From the NCBI GenBank assembly GCA_043747615.1, contig JAYTOU010000065.1, forward strand, positions 1 to 39,001: a DNA stretch of 39,001 bases, read 5' to 3'. Shown one piece after another: positions 18,950-28,239 of this stretch. Below the pieces are notes generated by a model, which searched no databases, was not told where the DNA came from, and saw only the letters and a program-made list of their open reading frames with translations. This DNA comes from Myxococcales bacterium. GTDB lineage: Bacteria > Myxococcota_A > Polyangia > Polyangiales > Polyangiaceae. The position numbers and the translations under genes are program-made. The number at the start of each line of letters is the position of its first letter. The stretch's first letter is position 1.

Positions 18950-19176
18950 ATAAGGGTGAGGAATATAGCGCGTTTTCGAGCTCGAGGCGCCGGGCTGTAA
19001 GGTTTCGCGTCTCGCCTCTTTTTCCAAGCATGAACAGCAATCGGATCCTCGCTCTCCTCGTATGTGTGTCTCTGTCGGTAGGCTGCGAAAAAATGGATCA
19101 CGAAGCACGGCGCACTGGGCCGGGCGATCGTGCGCGGGCTGGTGAAACGGAGCGAAACTCGACTAGCTTGGCCGAC

Positions 19177-19515
19177 GTGACGCCCGACGAAATCAAAGCG
19201 CTCCGCAAAGAGCTGAGCTGCACCGCGAAGGAGCTGGGAGCTGCGCTCGAGCTCGAGCAATCGGAAGTCCTCGCCTGGGAGAAAGGGGAGCGGTTCCCCA
19301 CCAAGCAGTACGTGGACAAGATGGCGGCCCTGCGCGCGAAAGGTCCGGGAGCTGTCCCCAAGAAATCGAAGGGGGCCGATCCGATCAAGGTGCTCGCGGA
19401 TCCTCTGGTGTGGGAGCTCCTTCGAAAGATCGCTGCGCACAAGAAGCTGCGAGACGAGGTGGCCAAGCTCGCCGCCGGTTACCCAGATCCGGCGCACGAA
19501 CCGGCGCAGCGTTAG
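19177..19515 (+). CDS. XRE-family helix-turn-helix regulator
   Basis: 'IKALRKELSCTAKELGAALELEQSEVLAWEKGERFP'; GTG 19177 is the likely start (ORF open to 19030). Confidence 0.8.
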   Translation: MTPDEIKALRKELSCTAKELGAALELEQSEVLAWEKGERFPTKQYVDKMAALRAKGPGAVPKKSKGADPIKVLADPLVWELLRKIAAHKKLRDEVAKLAAGYPDPAHEPAQR

Positions 19516-20535
19516 TCACGCGTCTTCGGACGACGCTTCTTCCGTGACATCGGGTGCCGACGCGGTTTCCCCGGTATCGGCGTTCTCGTCTTCGACGTCG
19601 ACGTCCATGCCGTGGCCGCCCGTCGACGTCGCGCCGATGCTCGCTCCAGCGTCGATGATGCCGTGATCGCCCTGCTCTTGGTGGGCATCGAGCACCTCCC
19701 CGAGCTCGTGCTCGACGGTGCGGCGTGACTCTTCGTTGAGCTCCGTGAACTCCCGGAGGGTCGGGAGATCTTTCAGCGATTTCAGCCCGAAAAATTCGAG
19801 AAAGGTCGAGGTCGTTCCGTAGAGGATCGGGCGACCGGGCTCGTCTTTCTTTCCGAGAATACGCACCAGATCGCGCTCGAGGAGGAGCTTGAGCACGGCT
19901 CCGCAGTCGACGCCGCGAATGTCGTCGACCTCGGGCCGCGTGATCGGTTGGCGGTAGGCGAGGATCGCGAGCGTCTCCACCTGGGCCCGCGAAAGTCGCA
20001 CCGGTTTTTGACTGGCGAGATCGCGAACGAACGGAGCGTAGACGGCGCTGGTGCGAAAAATCCAACCGTTCGCGACTTCGTCGAGCTGCACGCCGCGCGC
20101 GCTGTAGTCCGTCTTCAGGATGGCGAGGAGAAGCTTCACCTCTTTCACCTGCGCGCTCGCGGCCTTCGCCAGATCCGCCGCCTTCACCGGTTTGTCGCTC
20201 GCAAAAATCAGGGCTTCGAGGAGGCCTTTCAGATGCTCACGCGATACCTCCCCGTGGGGCGCGGCTGCTTCGTCCTCGATGCGCCTGTCGTCGCGCAGGA
20301 GATACAAGTCCAGGGTGTCCCCGGCGAGGTTCACGGTGTCGTCGGTGTCCGCGTTCCACGCTGCGGCGACCGGGATCTTCGGCTCGGTCATTCCGACACG
20401 CAGATCGTTGCGGCTCGCCTCCTCCGGCTCTTCGCCCTGCGTGGTGATCGGGCCGTCGTCTGCGAGAGCCTCGTCTTCTACGCTTTCTTTCATGCGCGGC
20501 GTTTCGGGCGCGTCTTCTTCGACAGGTTCGCTCAC
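19516..20535 (-). CDS. scpB: SMC-Scp complex subunit ScpB
   Basis: 'LEALIFAS', 'LSRAQVETLAILAYRQPITR', 'PGRPILYGTT..FLEFFGL..L.DLP'. Confidence 0.96.
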   Translation of the reverse strand: MSEPVEEDAPETPRMKESVEDEALADDGPITTQGEEPEEASRNDLRVGMTEPKIPVAAAWNADTDDTVNLAGDTLDLYLLRDDRRIEDEAAAPHGEVSREHLKGLLEALIFASDKPVKAADLAKAASAQVKEVKLLLAILKTDYSARGVQLDEVANGWIFRTSAVYAPFVRDLASQKPVRLSRAQVETLAILAYRQPITRPEVDDIRGVDCGAVLKLLLERDLVRILGKKDEPGRPILYGTTSTFLEFFGLKSLKDLPTLREFTELNEESRRTVEHELGEVLDAHQEQGDHGIIDAGASIGATSTGGHGMDVDVEDENADTGETASAPDVTEEASSEDA

Positions 20536-21356
20536 GACGGAATCTCCTCTCCAGCGGTACTGACTTCGGCGACCTCGATGTAGAGCGGTCCGAGCGAATC
20601 GGCTTGGAACAGCCGGACCATACGCAAGCGCGTCATCTCGAGCAGCGCGAGGAACGTGATCACCAGATCGAACCGGCTGGTGAGGCCCGCAAAAAGTTCC
20701 TCGAAAACAAGCCTCTTTCGCTCCTGCACGAGCGAGCTCAGCTCGTGAATGCGATCGGTGATGCTGATGCGATCGGCGATGACGTCGTGCGAGAGCTTCA
20801 CCTTCGACCGATTGAGCACGGTCTGAAAGGCCTCGAGAAGCGAGTAGAGCGGCACCTCGGCGAGAGGCGCAAGACCGCTCGGTACGGCTTCTTCGATGGC
20901 TACGCCGCGCACGAACACGTCGCGCCCCGCGACCCCGCGCGCCTGCAGGTCGGCCCCCGCCTGCTTGTATTTTTGGTACTCGAGGAGGCGGCGAATGAGC
21001 GATTCACGCGGATCCTCTTCTTCGAGCGCGTCATCGTCTTCCTGCCCGGGCGGCGGCGCCGGAAGCAGCGACTTCGACTTGATGTGCGCGAGCGTGGCCG
21101 CCATCACCAGGTATTCGCTGGCAACGTCGAGGTCGATGAGCTGCATCACCGCGAGGTATTCCAAATACTTTTCGGTGATGAAGCTGATCGGAATATCGAG
21201 GATCTGCAGCTCGTGCTTTTGGCAAAGATGCAGGAGAAGGTCGAGCGGCCCCTCGAACGTGGGGAGCGTCACCGAGTAGGTGTTGTCGCGATCGGTGAGG
21301 TCCGGAAGGTCTTCCGTGACCTCGGTCGCTCGACCAACTTTTCTCGCCTTACTCAT
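20532..21356 (-). CDS. scpA: Segregation and condensation protein ScpA
   Basis: 'FEGPLDLLLHL', 'ASEYLVMAATL..IKS', 'FLALLEM'; 4-nt overlap with scpB. Confidence 0.96.
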   Translation of the reverse strand: MSKARKVGRATEVTEDLPDLTDRDNTYSVTLPTFEGPLDLLLHLCQKHELQILDIPISFITEKYLEYLAVMQLIDLDVASEYLVMAATLAHIKSKSLLPAPPPGQEDDDALEEEDPRESLIRRLLEYQKYKQAGADLQARGVAGRDVFVRGVAIEEAVPSGLAPLAEVPLYSLLEAFQTVLNRSKVKLSHDVIADRISITDRIHELSSLVQERKRLVFEELFAGLTSRFDLVITFLALLEMTRLRMVRLFQADSLGPLYIEVAEVSTAGEEIPS

Positions 21357-21453
21357 TGAATGAGGCGTTTTACGCGTTTGTCCCCGGTTGTGAAAGGGTG
21401 GAAGGACCAGAACCGCGGGTCGTGGCTCGCCCCCCCGGCGACTCCCAGGTAGC

Positions 21454-23925
21454 ATGACGTCCGTGAAAAGCGCGTCCGCCATGGCGCCAAAGTTCTGCCC
21501 GTCGTGCCGCGGTACGTTCCCGACCGACGCACTCTTTTGTCCGAACGACGGAAGTCCTCTCACGAGCGCGCGCCCTCCCGACGAAGACGACGCCCTCGTG
21601 GCGGCACCCGACCCGTACTTGGGTCGTGAGATCTCGGGGCACATCGAGATCCGTCAGCTCGCCGGCGTCGGCGCGATGGGGCGCGTTTATCGGGCGTTTC
21701 AGAAGGGAATCGATCGCGACGTCGCCGCCAAGATTCTCCATCGCGAGCTGAGCGCGAACCAACAGCTCGTCTCCCGTTTTCATCGCGAGGCCAAGGTCGC
21801 CTCCCGGCTCCAGCATCCGAACGTCGTGCATGTGCACCTCGCGGGGCAGCTCCCCGACGGCGCGCTCTACATCGTGATGGAGTTCCTCGACGGCCTGTCG
21901 CTGCAAAGCGCGCTGGCCGCTGCGGGTGGGGCTATGCCGCTGACCCGCGCTCTGCACATCGCGCTGCAGCTCTGCGACGCCGTTGGCGAAGCGCACACGC
22001 AGGGCATCGTTCATCGGGATTTGAAGCCGGAAAACGTGATGCTCGTGCGGCGCGGGCAGGACGACGATTACGTGAAGGTGCTCGACTTCGGAATCGCTCG
22101 GCTCAACTGGGGCGAGCAATCAATGGCTACGGCCGCGGGCCTCATCTTCGGAACCGCGCGCTACATTTCTCCGGAGGGCGCGCAGGGAGAAGCGGTCGGA
22201 CCAACGGGCGATGTCTACGCGATCGCGACGCTCCTCTACCAGATGCTGTGTGGACGAACGCCGTTCGAAGGTGATCAGGCGGTCGGTCTTCTCATTCAAC
22301 AGATTCACGATCCGCCGCCTCCACTCAAATCGATTCCGCGCGGAGCCTATGTCCCTGATCCGATCGCCGCGGCGATCATGAAAAATCTCGCCAAGGAATC
22401 GCATCTTCGCGACCCTGACGCGCGCACCTTCGGGCGGGCGATCATCGACGCCACCAGGGAGAGCGGGCTGTCGCTCGATGACTTCGTAGCGCGCCCGACT
22501 CTCGGCTCTCGATCGTCGGGCTCGATAAAGCTTGCGCCGCTCGAGCGGACGAAAGCCCTCCAGCTCGACGCCGAGCTCTCCGAAAGGATGAACGCATCGC
22601 CGGCTCTCCCGAAAACGGAAATCAGCGAGCCTCGGGTAATGAAGACGGAGGCAGGTGCGCCTCTTGGGAGCGAGGGAGGGCGGCTCCCGCATCCAGCGGC
22701 GCCGACCACAAGGTGGACGCCGTCCCCGGCTTTTCAAGCGCAAATCGGCGCGGCACGGCCGTCGACGCCGTCCAACGTCGACGCCACGATGGACGACTCC
22801 ACGGCGACGCCCCCTCCTGCCGCGCGCAGCACGAACACCGAAATGACTCCACCCGTGGAGTCGACGGCGCCGCTCCTTCCGCGTGTGGTGCTTCCTTCAC
22901 CGGGAGGCTTCCCGCCGCCGGGTGGGCGAGAGGCACCAACCGGCCCCCCCCAATCGCAGTCGCGCCCGCAGCACCCACCCCAGACCGACGAGGCTTCCCC
23001 GCTCCGCATTCCGACCCCCAAGCCGTTCTCGAACGTCGACACCACGATGAGCGACGTGGTCTCTCCAGCACGGCGTGCGCGTGCGCTTGCTCTCGTCGTT
23101 TTTTGTTTTCTCATCGGTGTGGTTGGAACCGCTGCCATCGCTATCAAGCTCGGCTTCATCGGCCCCCCGAACCCTGCGCTGCTCCTCGACGATCAAGTGG
23201 CGCGGGCGACCGACGCGCTTCACCACGGACGATGGGACACGCCGCCCGGCGACAACGTGCGCGATCTCACGGCCGAGGGTCTCGTCACGTGGCCGGGCGA
23301 GCCACGGCTCCTCGACATCCGGGTGCGCGCGACCGACGACCTCGTTAAAAAAGCGGTCGGCCTCAAGATGGCGGGCGACCTGCACGGCGCCATTCACCTG
23401 TCCCGCCTCGCCTCCGAGCTCGATCCGAGCGACGAGACCGCGCGGGTGATCGCTCACGAATACGAGAGCGAGGCCGTCCGCACGCCTGATGCGTCGGTGC
23501 TTCTCTTCCTCGATGACGCCGGAGCGGGGCTCGCAGTCGTGCGCCCGAACCAGCAGCCGTCCGGCGCGCGCGCACTGATCGACGCTTCTCCTGCGCGGCC
23601 GAAGCTCGGTCAGAGCGTGGAGTTTGCGGCCAAGGTGGTGAGTGCGTCGGGCGGCACACCGAAGAGCGTCGCTGAAGCCCATTTCGCGATCGTCGGGCCA
23701 GGCCTCGGCGCCGGCGCGAAGCTCGCGGCGATGAGCGAAGGGGTGACGTATCGCACGGGCTTCACGTTCCTCGAGCAGGGTAAGTACGAGATCATTTTCT
23801 CTGCCAAGGTGGACGGCGCGTCCGTGCGCGCGCAAAAAATCGTGGTGGTAGGAGATCCAGGAGCGCCGAGACCGGACCCGTCGGGCGATACACCCACCAC
23901 GGCTCCGAGCGCGAAGTGGCTGTGA
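21454..23925 (+). CDS. Hanks-type Ser/Thr kinase with N-terminal CxxC..CPxDG module, Pro-rich linker, TM and extracytoplasmic domain
   Basis: 'GVGAMGRVY', 'VAAKIL', 'HRDLKPEN', 'DFG', 'GTARYISPE'; TM 'LALVVFCFLIGVVGTAAIAI'. Start could be 21481. Confidence 0.93.
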   Translation: MTSVKSASAMAPKFCPSCRGTFPTDALFCPNDGSPLTSARPPDEDDALVAAPDPYLGREISGHIEIRQLAGVGAMGRVYRAFQKGIDRDVAAKILHRELSANQQLVSRFHREAKVASRLQHPNVVHVHLAGQLPDGALYIVMEFLDGLSLQSALAAAGGAMPLTRALHIALQLCDAVGEAHTQGIVHRDLKPENVMLVRRGQDDDYVKVLDFGIARLNWGEQSMATAAGLIFGTARYISPEGAQGEAVGPTGDVYAIATLLYQMLCGRTPFEGDQAVGLLIQQIHDPPPPLKSIPRGAYVPDPIAAAIMKNLAKESHLRDPDARTFGRAIIDATRESGLSLDDFVARPTLGSRSSGSIKLAPLERTKALQLDAELSERMNASPALPKTEISEPRVMKTEAGAPLGSEGGRLPHPAAPTTRWTPSPAFQAQIGAARPSTPSNVDATMDDSTATPPPAARSTNTEMTPPVESTAPLLPRVVLPSPGGFPPPGGREAPTGPPQSQSRPQHPPQTDEASPLRIPTPKPFSNVDTTMSDVVSPARRARALALVVFCFLIGVVGTAAIAIKLGFIGPPNPALLLDDQVARATDALHHGRWDTPPGDNVRDLTAEGLVTWPGEPRLLDIRVRATDDLVKKAVGLKMAGDLHGAIHLSRLASELDPSDETARVIAHEYESEAVRTPDASVLLFLDDAGAGLAVVRPNQQPSGARALIDASPARPKLGQSVEFAAKVVSASGGTPKSVAEAHFAIVGPGLGAGAKLAAMSEGVTYRTGFTFLEQGKYEIIFSAKVDGASVRAQKIVVVGDPGAPRPDPSGDTPTTAPSAKWL

Positions 23926-24674
23926 GAGTCGCGCTCGTTGCATCGCTGCTCTTCGTTTCGAGCGCCGCTCACGCAGACGGGCCGGGGAAGCCGGCTCCCG
24001 ACGAAGACCCGAAGAGCAAGGCGCTCATCAATCGCCCGCACACGATCGCCGAGCTCGAGGCTGGGATCATCGCGCTCCCCAACGCCCCCATCTCCAGCGG
24101 ACAGCGCGGAGGGAACGCGCCACTTTTTCAGATCGGCAAAGGGGACGCGACGATCCAGACCGGCCTCCACTTGCTCTACCGCGCAGGCGGCGACTTTGCG
24201 ATCGGTGCCGGTCTGTCCTTCGCCCCGCGTCCCACCTCGGATCCCGATTACGGAATCGGCGGGTTGAGCGGTCTGCCGCGCACCCACTCGCGGAGCTACC
24301 TCCTCATCGGAACGGAGGGGCGTTACATTCCCTTTCACACCCGCTTTTTCGAGGCCTGGGTGGGCATCACGGCCGGCGGCGTGGTCATCGCCGATCGCTT
24401 CAGCACCACCGCCACCCAGAGCCGCGATCAGGTGCCAACCATCCTCGGGGTCCGCGAGGTGACGATTCGCACCGAAGGGTTCGCGGTCGGCGTTCAGGCA
24501 GGCGGAAGCTACATCATCACCGATCGCTGGGTTGCCGGCGTTGCGCTGCGCATCGATCGCTGGCTCCTGCCGAACTCGCCGCAGTGCTCGCCGATCGGCG
24601 ACTGCGCGACGTTGACCGGCACGGTTGCCGCATTTGAAACCGGGCTCACCGTCGGTTACCGCTTACCGCTCTAG
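23922..24674 (+). CDS. Exported protein, probable small outer-membrane beta-barrel
   Basis: Signal peptide ending AHA|D; alternating amphipathic strands; C-terminal 'GLTVGYRLPL'; GTGA overlap with the kinase stop. Confidence 0.6.
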   Translation: MRVALVASLLFVSSAAHADGPGKPAPDEDPKSKALINRPHTIAELEAGIIALPNAPISSGQRGGNAPLFQIGKGDATIQTGLHLLYRAGGDFAIGAGLSFAPRPTSDPDYGIGGLSGLPRTHSRSYLLIGTEGRYIPFHTRFFEAWVGITAGGVVIADRFSTTATQSRDQVPTILGVREVTIRTEGFAVGVQAGGSYIITDRWVAGVALRIDRWLLPNSPQCSPIGDCATLTGTVAAFETGLTVGYRLPL

Positions 24675-24684
24675 GCGCGCGTCC

Positions 24685-25425
24685 TCAGACAGACGAGTGG
24701 ATCGCTACCGCCAGGAACGCGGCCATCCGATCGATCACGAGCGCGACGATCGCCAGCAGCGCGAGTGCGCGGAGAGGCGCAATCACCATGTGCACTTGGG
24801 CGGGCGATGCAGAGCGCGCAATGAGCGCACCCGTAATCTCGATCACCACCGCGGCAGCGAGCAGCGGCGCTCCGATGGCGATGGCCAGACCGATGCCCGC
24901 GACCAAGTCGTGGGCGACGGCGACGACCGGTTGATGCTCTATTGGCCGCACCGCGAGCGCGAGGACCACGCGCGCGGGGCCACCCGTCGACAAGAAGATC
25001 GCGCTGGCGAGAAGAGAGAGCGGCACGCCGAGGGGCGTCGCCCGCCCTTCGATCGGAGCGTAATTCGCAGCATCCTGAGATCCGCGAAGCGCGTCCACGA
25101 TCCCGCCGCTCATCGTCGCCGCCCATAGCGGAACGGCTGCTGCAATCGCCACGGGAAGACCGCGTAAGATTTCCTGCACGGCGAGCACGGGCCACGGCAG
25201 CGCGCTCGGCACAGGCGCGAGTCCCACGAACGCCGGGAAAACGCTGGCCGCGAGCGCAGCGCCAAATACACCGCGCACCGGGGCGGGAAGCGCGCGCAGC
25301 CCGAAGGCCGGAACGATCGCCACCACCGGTGCGATGCGCGCCCACGCCAATCCGAGGGCCGACAGATCGACCCCTGCGGCATCGAATGCGCGCGCGACTT
25401 CCACGATGATCGACGGGCCGCTCAC
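24685..25425 (-). CDS. FliR/EscT/SctT-family type III export-apparatus membrane protein (divergent, orphan)
   Basis: 'LAWARIAPVVAIVPAFG...PAPVR', 'EILRGL', 'GGIVDALRG', 'FLSTGG', 'GAPLL...IAR...PL'; very hydrophobic. Start uncertain. Confidence 0.78.
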   Translation of the reverse strand: MSGPSIIVEVARAFDAAGVDLSALGLAWARIAPVVAIVPAFGLRALPAPVRGVFGAALAASVFPAFVGLAPVPSALPWPVLAVQEILRGLPVAIAAAVPLWAATMSGGIVDALRGSQDAANYAPIEGRATPLGVPLSLLASAIFLSTGGPARVVLALAVRPIEHQPVVAVAHDLVAGIGLAIAIGAPLLAAAVVIEITGALIARSASPAQVHMVIAPLRALALLAIVALVIDRMAAFLAVAIHSSV

Positions 25426-25511
25426 GTGCGAAAGATCGGACGCATCGGCCCAAACTGCAAGGGCGCTGGATGCCTTGACGGCACCATCCAAGTTGGCCAA
25501 TGCTGACGCCC

Positions 25512-26357
25512 ATGGCGTTCGATTTCGACCTCGTCGGCAAGCCCACCGAAGCTCACAAGTTCGAGTACACGTGGAAGGACACCGTCCTTTACGCGCTCGG
25601 CATCGGCGCCAAGGTCGACGAGCTCGACTACCTCTACGAAGGCAAAGGACCGAAGGTCTACCCGAGCTTCGCGGTCGTTCCGAAGTTCCAGCCGATGCTC
25701 GAGGTGCTCTCGAAGAGCGGGGGAAATCTGGCGACCGTCGTTCACGGCGGCGAGAAGGTGAAGGTTCATCGCCCGTTCGAGTCGGGCGGCACCGTGCTCA
25801 CCACCGCGACGATCCGCGGCATCTACGACATGCGAAAGTTCGCGTCGGTGCTCGTCGACACCGAGACGAAGAGCACCAAGGGCGAGCTGATCTGCACGAC
25901 GACCTCGTCGATCCTCTTCCGCGGTGAAGGCGGTTTCGCCGGCCAGCCCCCTCCGAAAGAAGACAGCGGGATCTCCGTTCCCGAGGGAAAAGCCGCCGAC
26001 TTCACGATCGAAGAAACCACAAGCAAGGAGCAGGCGCTCCTCTACCGCCTCTCCGGTGATTTCAATCCGCTCCACGCCGATCCCGAGTTTGCGAAGATGG
26101 TCGGCTTCGAACGCGGCCCCATCTTTCACGGTCTCGGTAGTTACGGCTACATGGTTCGCCACGTCGCGAAGGGCGCGTGCGGCGGAGACGCCTCCCAGAT
26201 CACCGGGTTCGACGCGCAGTTCCGCAAGCCCGTGTGGCCCGGCGACACCATCATCACCCAAGGCTGGACAGTCGCGCCGGGGAAGATCGCTCTCGTCGTC
26301 AAGGTGAAGGAGCGCGGCGAGACCGTCATCTCGAACGCGTGGGCGACGACGGCCTAG
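25512..26357 (+). CDS. MaoC-like double-hotdog (R)-specific enoyl-CoA hydratase
   Basis: 'LYALGIGA', 'VHGGE', hydratase-2 motif 'YRLSGDFNPLHADP', 'HGL', 'PVWPGD'. Confidence 0.9.
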   Translation: MAFDFDLVGKPTEAHKFEYTWKDTVLYALGIGAKVDELDYLYEGKGPKVYPSFAVVPKFQPMLEVLSKSGGNLATVVHGGEKVKVHRPFESGGTVLTTATIRGIYDMRKFASVLVDTETKSTKGELICTTTSSILFRGEGGFAGQPPPKEDSGISVPEGKAADFTIEETTSKEQALLYRLSGDFNPLHADPEFAKMVGFERGPIFHGLGSYGYMVRHVAKGACGGDASQITGFDAQFRKPVWPGDTIITQGWTVAPGKIALVVKVKERGETVISNAWATTA

Positions 26358-26440
26358 CCAGCCTTGGTGGGCCTCAGCGGTGCGTTACGAATCGGAGTGG
26401 CCCCCTTAATTCCGGCGCGCGGCTAGCCGTCTCGTGCTCC

Positions 26441-26635
26441 ATGGGAGACAGCATGGATCACACATTGAAGCCGACCATCAACGAGCGAATCATCAAGCTT
26501 GGCGACCCCCACCTCGTGGCCTACTGGACCGAGTTTCTCGACGCAACGAAGGAACAGATCGAAGCGGCCATCAGTAAAGTCGGGCCCGGGATCGAAGACG
26601 TGCGCGCGGCGCTCGGAAAACGCCGGATCCCCTGA
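26441..26635 (+). CDS. Small DUF3606-like protein
   Basis: 'VAYWTEFLDATKEQIEAAISKVG...VRAAL'; start 26441 or 26453. Confidence 0.7.
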   Translation: MGDSMDHTLKPTINERIIKLGDPHLVAYWTEFLDATKEQIEAAISKVGPGIEDVRAALGKRRIP

Positions 26636-26644
26636 GCCCGCTCC

Positions 26645-26980
26645 CTAGTGGGTGATCGCGTTCACGCAGGCGCCGAGCATCACGAAGAAGAGAACGATGA
26701 CGACGATGCCGAGACGGATCCAGTTCAAGATCCCCATCGCGGACATGAACGTGGCCCAGCCCGACTGCTTCTGAACGTACTGCGGGCTCGCAAAGGACTG
26801 CACGGCGTACCCTGGCGGCGGCTGACCGTAGCCCTGCGGCGGTCCATAACCGGGAGGCGGGCCGTAGCCTTGCTGCTGCATAGGGGGCGCGTGGTCGATC
26901 GCGTTTCCACAGTAGTGACATTGAGCCGCGCCCGGATTGGTCACGGTCGCTCCGCAGCGGGAGCACGTCGGTGCGTTCAT
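26645..26980 (-). CDS. Small zinc-ribbon membrane protein with Pro/Gly/Tyr-rich linker
   Basis: CSRC..CHYC; GYGPPP-GYGPPQ-GYGQPPP; C-terminal hydrophobic helix. Confidence 0.7.
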   Translation of the reverse strand: MNAPTCSRCGATVTNPGAAQCHYCGNAIDHAPPMQQQGYGPPPGYGPPQGYGQPPPGYAVQSFASPQYVQKQSGWATFMSAMGILNWIRLGIVVIVLFFVMLGACVNAITH

Positions 26981-27045
26981 CCTCAAAATCATACAGCCGG
27001 GTCGCCCTTTACGAAATGGGCGGATCGCGCCAGATTACGGGGACC

Positions 27046-28239
27046 ATGCCCAAGCTCTCGAAGTCGATCGTCATCGTCGCCGCAAAACGCACCGCATTCG
27101 GCACCATGCAAGGCGCCGTCAAAGCGCTCACCGCAACCGATCTCGCCGTCCACGCGGCCAAGGCGGCCATCACCCAGTCGGCGGTCGCACCGGAAGCCTT
27201 CGGTCACGTCATCGTCGGCAACGTCATGCAGTCGAGCGCCGACGCCATCTACTGCGCGCGCCACGTGGGATTGAAAGCGGGCCTTCCGATCACCGTGCCC
27301 GCGGTCACCGTGAATCGCCTATGCGGCTCTGGCTTCCAAGCCATCGTCAACGGTGCCGAGCAGCTTCTCCTCGGAGACGCCGACGCCGTCCTCGTGGCCG
27401 GCACCGAGAACATGAGCCAGGCCCCGCACATCCTCCGCGGCGGACGAGAAGGCTTCGCGTTCGGAAAAGCTCCCGCCCTCGAAGACTCGCTCTGGAGCGC
27501 GCTCACCGACAGCTACAGCAACACCCCGATGGCCGTCACCGCCGAGAATCTCGCTGTAAAATACGGCATTTCGCGCGTCGCGTGCGATGAGTACGCCCTT
27601 CTCAGCCAGCAGCGCTGGGCGCAGGCGAACGAGGCTGGGCGCTTCAAGATGGAGATTGCCCCCATCGAGATCGTGCAGAAGAAAGCGACGATCAGCTTCG
27701 CCGTCGACGAGCATCCCCGCCCGCAAACCACGCTCGAAATTCTCGCCAAGCTCGCGCCTGTTTTCAAGAAGGACGGCGTCGTCACGGCGGGCAACGCGTC
27801 AGGGATCTGCGATGGAGCGGCGGCGCTCGTCCTCGTGACGGAAGAATTCGCCAAAGCCAAGGGCCTCAAGCCGCTCGCCCGCATCGTCCAGTGGGGAGTG
27901 GCGGGCGTCGATCCGACCATCATGGGAATCGGCCCCGCACCGGCGATCACCACCGCGCTCGCCCGCGCCGATCTCAAGCTCGCAGACATGGATCTCGTCG
28001 AGGTGAACGAAGCCTTCGCGCCGCAGTACCTCGCGGTCGAAAAGGAGCTCGGCCTCGACCGCGCGAAGACCAACGTCGACGGCGGCGCGATCGCTCTCGG
28101 TCACCCGCTCGGTGCCAGTGGCGCTCGCATTACCACGCACCTCGTCTACGAGCTTGCACGACGAAATGCGCGTTACGCGGTGGGCAGCGCCTGCATCGGC
28201 GGCGGCCAAGGCATGGCCGTCATCTTGGAGCGCCTCTAA
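27046..28239 (+). CDS. Acetyl-CoA C-acyltransferase (thiolase)
   Basis: 'NRLCGSG', 'NEAFA', 'GHPLGASG', 'CIGGGQG'. Confidence 0.96.
   Translation: MPKLSKSIVIVAAKRTAFGTMQGAVKALTATDLAVHAAKAAITQSAVAPEAFGHVIVGNVMQSSADAIYCARHVGLKAGLPITVPAVTVNRLCGSGFQAIVNGAEQLLLGDADAVLVAGTENMSQAPHILRGGREGFAFGKAPALEDSLWSALTDSYSNTPMAVTAENLAVKYGISRVACDEYALLSQQRWAQANEAGRFKMEIAPIEIVQKKATISFAVDEHPRPQTTLEILAKLAPVFKKDGVVTAGNASGICDGAAALVLVTEEFAKAKGLKPLARIVQWGVAGVDPTIMGIGPAPAITTALARADLKLADMDLVEVNEAFAPQYLAVEKELGLDRAKTNVDGGAIALGHPLGASGARITTHLVYELARRNARYAVGSACIGGGQGMAVILERL

Noticed and set aside
19516..21356. scpAB without smc as a Wadjet/MksBEF-like defence system
   Set aside because: Canonical housekeeping ScpA/ScpB; smc is often encoded elsewhere and no jetC/jetD-like genes are adjacent.
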